This document shows, piece after piece, positions 1 to 11,600 of a DNA stretch of 64,000 nucleotides. Below the pieces are notes generated by a model that saw only the letters and a list, made by a program, of their open reading frames with translations, had not been told where the DNA came from and did not search any database. Numbering within the stretch: position 1 is the stretch's first letter; every line of letters starts with the position of its first letter. The stretch is from Felis catus (Eukaryota), in the NCBI RefSeq assembly GCF_018350175.1, contig NC_058368.1, forward strand, positions 156,366,001 to 156,430,000, in the 5' to 3' direction. The position numbers and the translations under genes were made by a program.

Positions 1-3000
1 GGTTGGATTTATTCCTAGTCTTAAGGTTTTTGGTGCAGTTGTAAATGGGATCAATTCCTTAATTTCTCCTGCTGCTGCTTCATTATTGGTGTATAAAATG
101 CAGCAAATTTTCACACGTTGATTTTGTATCCTGCCACTTTGCTGAATTCGTGTATCAGTTCTGGCAATTTTTTGGTGGAGTCTTTCAGGTTTTCCAGATA
201 AAGGATCAAGTCATCTGCAGAGAGTGAGAGTTTGACTTCTTCCTTGCCAGTTTGAATGCCTTTTCTTTTTGTTGTCTGATAGCTGAGGTTAGGATTTCTA
301 GTACTATGTTGAACAACACTGGTGAGAGTGGATAGCCCTTTCTTGTTCCTGACGTTAGGGAGAAAGCTCTCAGGATTTCACCACTGAAGATGAGAGTAGT
401 TGTTAGTCTTTCTATTATGGCCTTTATGATGTTGAGATACATTCCTTTTATCCCTGTTTTCTTGAGGGTGTTTACGAATAAAAGGATGCTGTATTTTGTC
501 AAATGCTTTTTCTGCATCTATTGAGAGGATCATTTGGTTATTGTTTCTTTTATTAATATACGACATTGATTTATGATAATTCTTTTAATGTACTCTTGGA
601 CTTGCTAGTATCTTGTAGAGAATTTTGTTTTGATGTACATCAGGGATATTGGTCTGTAATTCTCCTTTTTAGTGACTTCTTTGGTTTTGGAATCAAGGAA
701 ATACTGGCCTCATAGAATGAGTTTGGAAGTTTTCCTTCTGTTTCTGTTTTTTAGAATGGTTTTGAAAAAATAGGTAGTATTTCTTTAAATGTTTGATAGA
801 ATTCCCCTGGGAAGTCATCTGGCCCTGGACTCTTGTCTGTTGGGAGATTTGTGATTACTGATTGAATTTCTTTACTGGTTATGGTTCTGTTCAAGAACCA
901 GCTATTAGTTTTATCTATCTGTTCTACCTTTTTTTTTTTTTTTAAATATTCCTATGTGATTTATTTCAGCTCTAAATTTTATTATTTCCCTTTTTCTGCT
1001 GGTTTTGGGCTTCATTTACCGTTATTTTTCCAGATCCTTTAGGTGTAAGGCTAGGTTGTGTATTTGAGACTTTGCTTCCTTTTTGAGGAAGGCCTGAATT
1101 GCTATATACTTCCCTCTTAGGACCGCCTTTGCTGCATCCCAAAGGTTTTAGACTGTCATGTTTTCATTTTCTTTGGCTTTCATGTATTTTTTAATTTCTT
1201 CTTTAATTTTCTGGGTTAACCCATTCATTCTTTAATAAGATGTTCTTTAACCTCCATGTATTGGTGGTCTTTCCAAATTTTTCCTCATGAGTGACTTCAA
1301 GTTTCATAGCGTTGTGGTCTGAAAATATGCCTGATATGATCTCAGTCTTTTTGTACTGGTTGAGGCCTGATTTGTGACCCAGTGTGAATCTATTCTGGAG
1401 AATATGTGCACTTAAAAAGAGTTTGTATTCTGCTGCTTTAGGGTGAAATGTTGTGAATATATGTTAAGTCCATCTGGTCCAGTGTGTCATTCAAAGCCAT
1501 TATTTGCTTGTTGATCTCCTTAGATGATCTGTCCATTGCTGTAAGTGGGGTGTTAAAATCCCCTGCTATTATGTGATTATCGATGAATTTCTTTGTTATT
1601 AATTCATTTATACATTTGGCTGCTTTCAATTTAGGGGCATAAGTATTTACAATTGTTAGATCTTCTGGTTGGATATACCCCTTTATTATGACACAGTGCC
1701 CTTCTTCATCTCTTATATAGTCTTTTGTTCAAAATCTAGTTTGTCTAAGTATGGTTACTCCAGCTTTCTTTTGATATCCATTAGCATGATAAATGGTTCT
1801 CCATCCCCCCCCCACTTTCAATTTGAAGGTGTCTTTGGGTGTAAAATAAGTCTCTTGTAAGCGCATATAGTTGGGTCTTGTTGTTTTTGTCCATTCTGAT
1901 ATGCTGTGTCTTTTGATTGGAGAATTTAGTCCATTTATATTCAGAATAACTATTGATAGATATGAATTTAGTGCTTTTGTATTCCCTGTAAAGTCATCGT
2001 GCCTATAGATTGTCTCTGTTCCTTTCTAGTCTTTGTTGCTTTTGGTCTCTTTCCTGCTCCAAAGGTCCCCTTTAATAATCCTTGCAGAGCTGGTTTAGTG
2101 TTCAAGAACTTTAGTTTTTGCTTGTCTTAGAAACTCCTTATCTCTCCTTCTATTCTCAATGATATCGTTGCTGGATAAAGTATTGTTTTGGCTGCATATT
2201 TTTCCCCTTTAGCATGTTATGTGTATCATGCTACTCCCTTCTGGTTTGACAAGCTTCTGTGGATAGGTCTGCTGCTCACCTTATGTGTGTCTACCTTTGT
2301 CTGTTAAGGACCTTTTGTCCCTAGCTACTTTCAGAGTTCTCTTTTTATCTTTTTATTTTCTAAGTTTCACTATAATGTATGTTTTGGTGTTGACCTGTTT
2401 TTGTTGATTTCAAGGGGAGTTCTCTTTGTCTCTTATACTTGAATAATGCCTGTTTTCTTCTCCAGATTATGGAAGTTCTAAGCCATAATTTGGTCAAATA
2501 AACTTTCTATCCCTTTTTCCAGCTCTTCTTCTGGGACTCCTATGATACAAATCTTACTGCATTTTAGAGAGCCACTTATTTCTTGACCTCTCCTTTTTAG
2601 CTTGGTTCTTTTCCATAATTTTATCTTCTATTTACCTATCTGATTCTCTGCATCTTCCATTCTCATTGTAATTATATCCAGTAGGATTTGCATCTCAGTT
2701 ATAGCATTTTTATTTCGGCCTGAGTAGTTTTTAGGTCTTTTATCTCTACTGCAAGGGTTTCTCTGGAGTCTTCTATGATTTTTTTCAACTAGCTGATGTT
2801 CTTATCACTATTGTTCTAAATTCTTGTTCAGGTATATCACTTATATCTGTTTTAGGCAAATCCCTGGTTTTAGTTTCTTCCTGATCTTTCTTGGGAATAG
2901 AATTCTTCTGTCTTAACATTTTGTCTAGGTTTCTGTCTTTTACATGGTATATAAAAACTTGTTTTGTTTTCTGCTCCTGAGTGTAATGCTATATTAAGAA

Positions 3001-4878
3001 GGGGGATATACACTGTCCAGGGCCTGGTGCTTTAAGAAGTGTTTCTGGTATATGCCCTGTGCACTCTGCTATTGTGATTTGGCTGTTCTTTTCCCCAGGT
3101 CAGTCCTTTGCAGAGTTCCTCTTTGCTTGTAGTGGGGAGTGTTTGGACCATTAACAAGGTGTGCTTTGATTCATTTGTTATAATAAGCCTGATTAAAAAA
3201 AGGAAAGAAAAGTCTTCTACAAAAACTAGAGCAGGAAAAAGAATAACAACAACAACAAAAATGGACAAACAAAAAGAAAATGGACAAAAAAAAAAAAAAA
3301 ACAGATTCCACAGAAAAAGAAAGCAAAAAAAAAAAAAAAAAAAAAGATCCAAAAAAACGAGAAAAGGAAAGAAACAAACAAAAAACAAATGAACAAAGAA
3401 ATTATAATCCTGATTCAAAAAGAAAAGAAAGAAAAAAAGCCTGATCTTATTTCCACTAGAACTGAAGCTGACGCTTTGGAGCACTCTATGATCAGTAGAC
3501 TTGGTGCATGTGGGGGTCCTTTATTGGTCCTCTGGGGGAGAGGCCAGCTGCGCTGTCTAACAATCAGACCGGCTCTTGTAAAGATTTCCCTATAGGGCAC
3601 AGAAAAGTGAGTTTTGATGTATGTGGCTCCAGCCTCTACTGGCAGCACTATGTTGCTTGCTGAAGTCTGACCATGCTGGTGGGTGGGAAAAGATGGCTTC
3701 ACCTGCTCTCTGGTCCCTGGGAAGGAAAGCTTGCACCTGCTGCTGTTCAGGAAGCCCTCACAAGTGTACATTCTCCCCTTCTGTGTCCCAGGCTTCCATC
3801 AGATCCCTGCCTTCAACCCTTCTATGCCTTGGCCGTGGACATGCCCAGCATCTAGCTCTCCTATGTTTCATCTTTGGCACAGAACTGAGATTCAATATTG
3901 CAAATCTTCTTACTTTTTTTAATTAAACAAATTTTTAAATATTTATTTTTGAGAAAGAGAGACAGAGCATGAGCTCAGAAGGGGCAGAGAGAGAGGGGGA
4001 GTCACAGAGTCTGGAGCAGGATCCAGGCTCTGAGCTGTCAGCACAGAGCCCAACACGGGGCTTAAACTCAGGGACTGCGAGATCACGATCTGAGACGAAG
4101 TCGGATGCTTAACTGAGCCACCGGGGCACCCCAAAACTCCAAATCTTAAAGGACGCAACAGGGCATGGACTTGCTCCTCCTTGCGGTGATGTGCCTGGTG
4201 CCATTCTGTTGCAGAAAGTAGTCCCTTGGCTGGGCAGTCCCATGGAGGTTAGAGAGAAGCACAGCAAAAAGCTGTGAGCACTTTAACCACCTTCTGTGCA
4301 CACTTCTGTCTCTGTCATAGGAAGGTTGCTTAAAGGTGCCAGCCAGGTCTTTTGTCCTTGTAGAGGCAATATACAGTCTTCCAAATGTACTCCAGGAAGG
4401 GGAACTTTCTCTCCCATTGTGACCCAGGGGATCCCCCCATCATGCTGTCCATTCCCAGTCTTCCCGTCTTTCTCCCCAGAAGCACTGCTGCCCACCCAGA
4501 TCTACTCCAGCGAATGGCACAAACTTCCAGAAATTCAGAATTTCAGCTCCACTGTTGCAGAAACTTGGGATAGTCAGTTTCTCTTGATTCCCCCATCTGT
4601 GGTTTTGGAGGAGTGCTTTTCTTGCGCAAACCCAACAACCTACTCTCTCTCCTCTCTGTGAAAAGGCCTCCCACCTCCTGCAGCATTGTGGCTTTTCTCT
4701 CTCCCCGTTCCCCTCTCCGCATACCTGCCACATTCTCTCCTTGATGTTATACAGAATCTTCACTTAATCCGCAGATTGATTTCCTAGGTGTTCAAAATGA
4801 TGTGATGTTGAGGTAGCTGTGTTCCGGGGACGAGACTTCCAGGGTCTGCCTAGTACACCACCATCTTAACTCCTCCCC
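1..4878 (-). mobile_element. Carnivore LINE-1 with 5' end present (5'UTR, decayed ORF1 ~1880-2950, decayed 5' ORF2); continues left of the window
   Basis: Minus-strand ORF fragments IIAGDFNTPLTAMDRS (endonuclease) and [33 protein letters not shown] (RT); reverse complement begins GGGGAGGAGTTAAGATGG, a typical L1 5' end; stops, frameshifts and internal deletions. Confidence 0.93.
3913..4131 (-). mobile_element. Can-SINE (SINEC_Fc-like) inserted in the L1 5'UTR
   Basis: polyT, (GA)n tract, ends gagccaccggggcacccc; degenerate TSD containing caaatctt. Confidence 0.9.
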
Positions 4879-5751
4879 TGACCAATTTAAATGTTAAACC
4901 AAATTTGTATTCCTGAGATAAACTGTACTTCATCATAGTGTAGTATCCATTTTTAATAATTGCAGATTCTTCAGATATTTTAAAAATTTTGTGTCTTCAA
5001 TGTGCAAAACTGACAACTGTAAAAATACATAAACTACATATCATGGGTTTTTTTCCCCTCCCTAAATAGGAATGAAGAAATGGATGCTCACTCTGACCAT
5101 TTCTTTTCAGCATTTTGCTACAGGTACTAGGCAATATAGTAAGACAAAGAGAATAAGAGGAATGGAGTCAGATATAAAGAAATAAAAATGTCGCTATTTC
5201 TAAAAGGTATGGTCATATAATAAATAATTTACCCAGAAAAGCTGTTAGAACTAATTAGTGAATTCAGCAAGATGACGGGATAATAAGTCACTGTACAAAA
5301 TTAATGGTGTTTTTATATTCTAGTGATGAACAATTGGAAATTAAAATTTAAAAATATATTACCTTTTTTTGGCAATTTTTTTGTGTGTGTGGGTGTGTGT
5401 GTATTATTTTCTAATTATTTATGTCATTTGCATGGGGTTCTCTGAGCTTCTTGGACATGTAGTTTTTTTTATCTTTTATTAACTACGGAAAATTCTCAGC
5501 CACCAAATTTTAAATTCTTCTGTTGGGTTCTTTTTCTTGCACTCTGTTACCTTTGTTTAAGACCATTTAATTCATTTCCACAGTTTATGCATGTTCTGTT
5601 TTGTTTTTAACTTTTTTTTCCCATTTTTGTGTTTTCAGTTGGATAATTTCTATTGACCTATCATCAAGTTCATTACCTTTTCATTTGTTTGCAATCTGTT
5701 CATTAGCCTGTCAAAAAGATTATTGTTTTGACAGTAACTTTTAGTTCTATC

Positions 5752-5754
<3 letters not shown>

Positions 5755-5786
<32 letters not shown>

Positions 5787-6460
5787 AGAGAGAGCATGTG
5801 CATACACCTGCAAAAGTGGGGAACTGCCAGAAGGAGCAGGAGGGAGAATCCTAAACAGGCTTCACACCCAGTGCAGATATCAAGGCAAACCTTGATTCCA
5901 TGATCTTGGGATCATGGATCATTTTTAAACTATTTTGTTTTCTTTGTTTGTTTATTTATTTATTTTGAGAGAGAGAGAATAGGGGAGGGGCAGAGAGAGA
6001 GGAAGAGAGAGAAGCCCAAGCAAGCCCCGCACTGTCAGCACAGAGCCTGGTCCTGGGCTGGATCTCAGAAACCGTGAGATCATGACCTGAGCTGACATCA
6101 AGAGTCAGTCGCTTAACCAACTGAGCCACCCAGGTTCCCCTCTACCATTTTTAATGTACCCTATGCACAGTTCCTAATCTCTTAATGCAATTTGATCACT
6201 TTATCCATTGTCTAACATTTCAGTCATAGTTATTTTAGTGTTGGTTTTTTTTTTTTAATTTTTATTTATTTTTGAGAGAGAGACGTAGAACGTGAGCATG
6301 GGAGGCGCAGAGAGAGAGGGAAACACAGAATCTGAAGCAGGCTCCAGGCTCCAAGCTGTCAGCACAGAGCCGGACGTGGGGCTCAAACTCATGAACCGTG
6401 AGATCATGACCTGAACCGAAGTCAGAGGCTTATTAACCCACTGAGCCACCCAGGCACCCC
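5755..6460 (-). mobile_element. Cluster of three antisense Can-SINEs (~5755-5920 partial, ~5930-6140, ~6246-6460)
   Basis: polyT heads, gagagagaga tracts, ends such as ctgagccacccaggcacccc. Confidence 0.88.
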
Positions 6461-6982
6461 ACAGTCATAGTTATTTTAAAGTCACTTTCTGGTAATTTCA
6501 ACAAGTGAATCATCTCTCTATGCTTTATATTGCTTTGTCTCTTGACAGTGGTTTGTTTTTCTTGCTTTTTGTGTATGTCTTTTTTATTGCATGTTTAGAT
6601 ATCACAGTACAATAGGGGCTGAGGTAAATACTTCTATCCAACAATGGGCTTACTTTTTCTGTAAAGTAGTTAGTATGGGTAGTTAATCTTGTTAGTCTTT
6701 GAGCAGGCACTGGGTTTTGTTAATGCTATAGTTACTTCAATGCATCCTTTCTGATTACTCCAGCAGTAGATGGAATACAGTTTCTTTGTCCTTGGCATGG
6801 AACCTGGGTTGCTGGAGGGGTTTTAATCAATGTTTCTCACTTTCAGCTTTCAATAGTCCCTGCATTGCTAGGTCACAGAAGGACTCTGTCATCATTGTCT
6901 CCCTGTCTTGCTTGTTACTAATATCTAGCTGGTTGGGGGTAAGAGTGGATGTGTTTTTGGTTCTGCTAGAAAGACTTCAGTC

Positions 6983-7127
6983 TTTTTCTTTTTTTTTTTT
7001 TTTTTTAAAGTAGGCTCCATGCCCAGCTTGGAGCCCAATGTGGGGCTTGAACTCATGACGCCAAGATCAAGATCTGAGCTGAAATCAAGAGTCAGACACT
7101 TAATCGACTGAGCCACCCAGGCACCCC
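6983..7127 (-). mobile_element. Short Can-SINE
   Basis: polyT; ggggcttgaactcatgac; ends gagccacccaggcacccc. Confidence 0.85.
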
Positions 7128-8528
7128 TGGATATGCTTCAGTTTTAAGCATTCTTTGTGTTCTTGGTCTCTGAGGTTGGGACTTTGTTAATATTTGTGTC
7201 TCAGTCCCTCATGGCAGAGAAATTCTGCCTTGTATGTGTTGTTAGGGTTTTGACAACAGAGAATTTCTAGCCTGTGTCCCAGTATTAGATCTTTGCTTTC
7301 TATTGATGCAGGAACCTAGGTTTGGCTGGCATTTTTTTCTGTCCCTTCTGCAGGGACAAATGGCTTTTGTTTCTGTTTCTTATCTAGAAATAGTGAATTA
7401 TTTTTTGGGTTGTGCAGCAGGAGATTTTCCTGTTCCTTTCCCAAAGGCGCATGGGTTTTACTTACACTCTCCCAACAGAAGCTGTGCATCTTTTCCTGGG
7501 TTCTGAAAGTATAAGACTTCTTACCTTAACCACGTGACTTAAGATGTTACCTCTTTTGAGAGAAGAATCCAGGGAAGTGGACCTAGTTTTAGGTCTATCT
7601 CTTGATGGCAGCCAATCCCCACTGAGCCACCTGTGCTACTAGTAGGGACTCCCATTGGTATCTGCCCTAATTCTCTTTCATAAATGCTTAATAGAGGCCT
7701 ATGGCAAAGAGCTTGCAACTGACTGCAGACTTTGCTTGAGTCACTTACTCCCAAATATTATAAATTGTCATGGTACTTGCACTTGACTCTTAAATTTGTT
7801 AGAATTTTATCTGATTCTTACTACTTTTATGACAGCTACTTCCCTCTAGCACCCTGGCAAAATGAAATAGTTTTGACTGTCCATTCTCTTCACAAAGGGA
7901 CTTATTATTATCACTCTTAAGGAAGTTTAAGTTTCTTGGTTGGCTTGTTACCTCAGTTCTCTGATAAGTTCGTGAAAGGTGAAAGGTTCTGTAGATTATT
8001 TGGCTTTTTCTTATTGTTAGGTAATAACAGTGTTCTCTTGTGGCTTTCTATATCCTAGGCACAAGTAGAACTTTCATGAAACTTTGGGGATGTTAAAAGT
8101 TAATCAAAAACTAATTTTTTAAAAGAATGCTGGCAACTGTAGTTCCTTTTTAGTGGTTTAGAATGATTTCCTTGGAGGTATGTTGCCTTCTGAGGTAGCT
8201 ACATCCCTAAACTTCTTTCATTATTCTTTGGACTTAAGGAGGTGACTTTTCCTTAGGGAATAAAGTCAGTATTCTTGATTCTTAAAAATATTTCCCATAT
8301 CAAGAAATGGATAAGCAAAAAGAATATCATGATTTCTTCAACATCTTTGAACAACTTATAATTTAAGAAATCACTATAGGACTTATTCTCCATGACACTC
8401 ACATAGCCCAGGGGCACTTAATTCTTTCAGAAAGTTCTACTCCTACTCTAAGGAAGTAATTGATTTAGATGATGTGACTGAATATACTTTAAAAAAATAC
8501 TTTCTATACTATTTACATTTTTATTTAG

Positions 8529-8691
8529 AGTTCTGGAGGCTGGAAAAGCAAATGTTATTTTACCAAAAAGCTCACCAAGTGAAATAACTCATGTGATTGC
8601 CAGTAATGCAAGAATCAAGGCTGAGCAAGAAAAAGACAACTTTAAAGCTCCATTTTATCCAATTCAGTATCTAGGGGATTTTCTTTTAGAG
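8529..8691 (+). CDS. SLF1: SLF1 exon ~5, end of BRCT2: [54 protein letters not shown]
   Basis: tttag|A GTT...GAG|gtaagc; 163 nt, phase 2 to 0. Confidence 0.95.
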
Positions 8692-11600
8692 GTAAGCAAA
8701 ACAAATGGTAAACATTTTTGAGTGTTTATTTTATAAAATATCGATATTGTGAAATATGTTAAAAATTATGTTCTGAATTTTAAAAATACAATGATTAGAA
8801 ATACATTTGACCCTTGAACTGCACAGATCCACTTTATAAACAGATTTTTCAGTAAGTTGAGTACTATAAGTGTATTTTATTTATGATTTTAACATTTTTT
8901 TTCTTTAGCTTTGTTACAAGAATATAGTACATAATACATACAAAATATAAAATAATATGTTAGCTACATATTGGTACAGTGTCTGGTCAACAGAGGCTAT
9001 TAAGTCTTTGGGGGGCTGAAAGTTATATGTGGAGTTTGAACTTTGGCAGGAGGTGTTCTTGCCCCTAATCTCCACATTGTTCAAGGGTCGGCTATAATTA
9101 AAATGACATATTCTTAAAGGCTATAGCTCTCAGTTTTTTAAATATTTGAGAATATTTCTGATAAATGTGAAAGAACCTTGCTTGTTAAATTTAAGTTTGT
9201 GTTATTGAGTCTTTTAGTTTTCAGTGCTTTAGTGATGTTTACTACAAAACAATTTTAGCATTTTAATGTCAGTATAAATAAAATAGCAGTATCATGTAGT
9301 ATCACGTAAGAATTTGTAATTTTCCCATGGGAAAGGAGGAAGCTATTTCTAAGGATTTAGAAATACTGTTCTGTCCTATTCCTCTGCCTCCCTCTTCCCA
9401 CTTTGTGCAAATACCACTTCTTAAGTTGTTTGAATTGGAACAGTCCTAGAAGGAATTGTCTGGAGATAAGAATTTTTAAGAAGGGTCACTCAAGGTAAAA
9501 GAGAAACCTCAGTGTGTCTAAAAACTACACTTTGATCTTCTAGGAAAAACTGGCTCCTTGCATGTTAACATCTCAATAAATGATATAACCTTTTACCTAA
9601 TAATTTATATTAGAGACCTGGGAATCACCCTTGAAACCTTCCTTTCCCTGATTCCCCACATCTTGTCAATCACCAAATCCTATTGATTTTATTATCTTAA
9701 ATACCACTTGAATCACTGTGCTTTTTTCTTCCTATATTAACATCATATTGAGTTCATCCTCTTTCCTCTGCCCTCCTGCAATAGACTCTTAATTATTCAT
9801 CTTTTTACTCTACCTTTTAACTCTTGCTAATCTACTGATTACTCTTAACCTTTTCCTAGTCCATTCTTCTTCCTTCAGAAGGAGCAGCCAAAATGCTCTA
9901 AAACAACTCTAATTCTGTCACTGTCCTGTTTAACCCTCCAGTGGCTTTCCATTGCCTTTAGGATAAAGTCCTAAACTTGTAACAATGGCTTAAAAGTTCC
10001 CCACAGAATCCTTGTCAGTCCTGCCTTTAAGGCACATCCTGCTCTACTTTTCTGCACTCAGCTCTCAATAACAAAACTTCCTTCTGCCTGAAAAAGCCTT
10101 CCCCGGGATTCTCTCACTCCCTGTGCCTGCGTGCCTTCTGTCCGTTCATCATTCAAGTTGCACTTAGAATGATGCCTCTTGAAGGAAGCCTCCCTTACCC
10201 TTTGCTAAAATAGGTTCACCTATAATTGTCCTCATAGCATTATTTTGCTTTATAGTTCTTACCACATTTGTAATTAATCAGCTGGCTGATTACTTCGTTA
10301 ATGTCTGCTTTCCCCATCTAAACCAGAAGAACCATGTCATCAAGATGATGTCTGACTTTTCCATGATTATATCCAGTCATCTTGTATAAAGCTTGGCACA
10401 TGGGTTCTCAGTTTTATTAGGTAAACAGAGAAATTATGAAATATCTCTGAGTCTTCCAAGAGTATATGTAATATATTACTCTAGAATTACCTTTCCCTAC
10501 TGAGTAGCAGCAATGTAGATTGGAAATTTGACCTTAGTTCAAGGGATGGATCTGCTTGCACTATGGATGATCTCATTGTCCTTGATAATGATGGTTCTTG
10601 GAATGGGCATGTGAGCCAGTTTTGATCCATGAGACATGAAGAGTGGTATGTAAGAGTTTCTGGGAAGTTTCTTCATTCTTCTGAAAAGACCACCACTGGC
10701 ATCCTAGCTCCTGCTAAATGTGAACATGGAATAATGTAACCTAAATTATTACTAACAGCCAATTTTTGACCATGAGGAGAGGTAACCTTAGGAATAAACC
10801 AGCCTTGTAGATAGCAAAATATACAAACAATGTGGATCCTTACAGAGATACTTGAGTTACTAGATCAGCCAACACTAAAACCTGTCTTGGCCCTGGACCA
10901 CATTACCATGTGCTGTAAAACACGACCGTGTTATTTATATTACTTTGAATTGGTTTTCTATTACTTGCAGCCAAAAGCATCCTATCTGATCTACCTATCT
11001 GAATAGTTTAATGGTAGCCTTTACTGTTAATAGAGTGAAAGCCATTCTTAACTAGTTTGGTAAAAGTATATAAATTTTTTTTCTATGGAAAGAAATGAAT
11101 ATAGTGTAAAATTTAATATGCTTTATCCATAGTCTTAGTCTTATTTTACTGCAGTAATATGACAGCATTCAGATTCAGTTGTTGAAATATTATAAGGCAG
11201 CAATAGTATACCAAGTAAAAGTAGCAAATAATCTATAACTTAGATTTATTTTTAGAATATATTGTTTTAGAAGTTCTAGATTAGGCAGCTGGGAGTTCAT
11301 AGCCATTTATTCCAAATAAGGAAGGCATTTTGTGATCACTTATGATCAGAAAATAGTTACCTTCATTGTAGTATCTTCTACCACTTTGTCTTATAGCATA
11401 TCACATTCCTCATTAGTTGGATTCTGAAGTGTCCTCTGAGAGTTGCCATGTAAAATGAGTTGAAAGTTACAACCAATTGTTTAAAAAAAAAAAAAAAAGT
11501 TTTGTTTAACCTACTTATACTTATTTGGAAAGCTCCTGAGTAACAGAATCAGGGATCTGTTTATTTAGTTCAGGCTTATAGATCCTTATTGAAGAATTTT

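Larger units (their letters stand above)
4880..8070. mobile_element. Highly decayed old L1 (L1M-type) fragments with nested SINEs; boundaries approximate
   Basis: L1-like phrases on both strands, e.g. ttagaactaattagtgaattcagcaag and tttctattgacctatcatcaagttca. Confidence 0.6.

Noticed and set aside
3032..3484. Lys-rich and Phe-rich ORFs (3108..3392 +, 3032..3484 -)
   Set aside because: These are translations of the low-complexity A/T tract in the L1 5'UTR.
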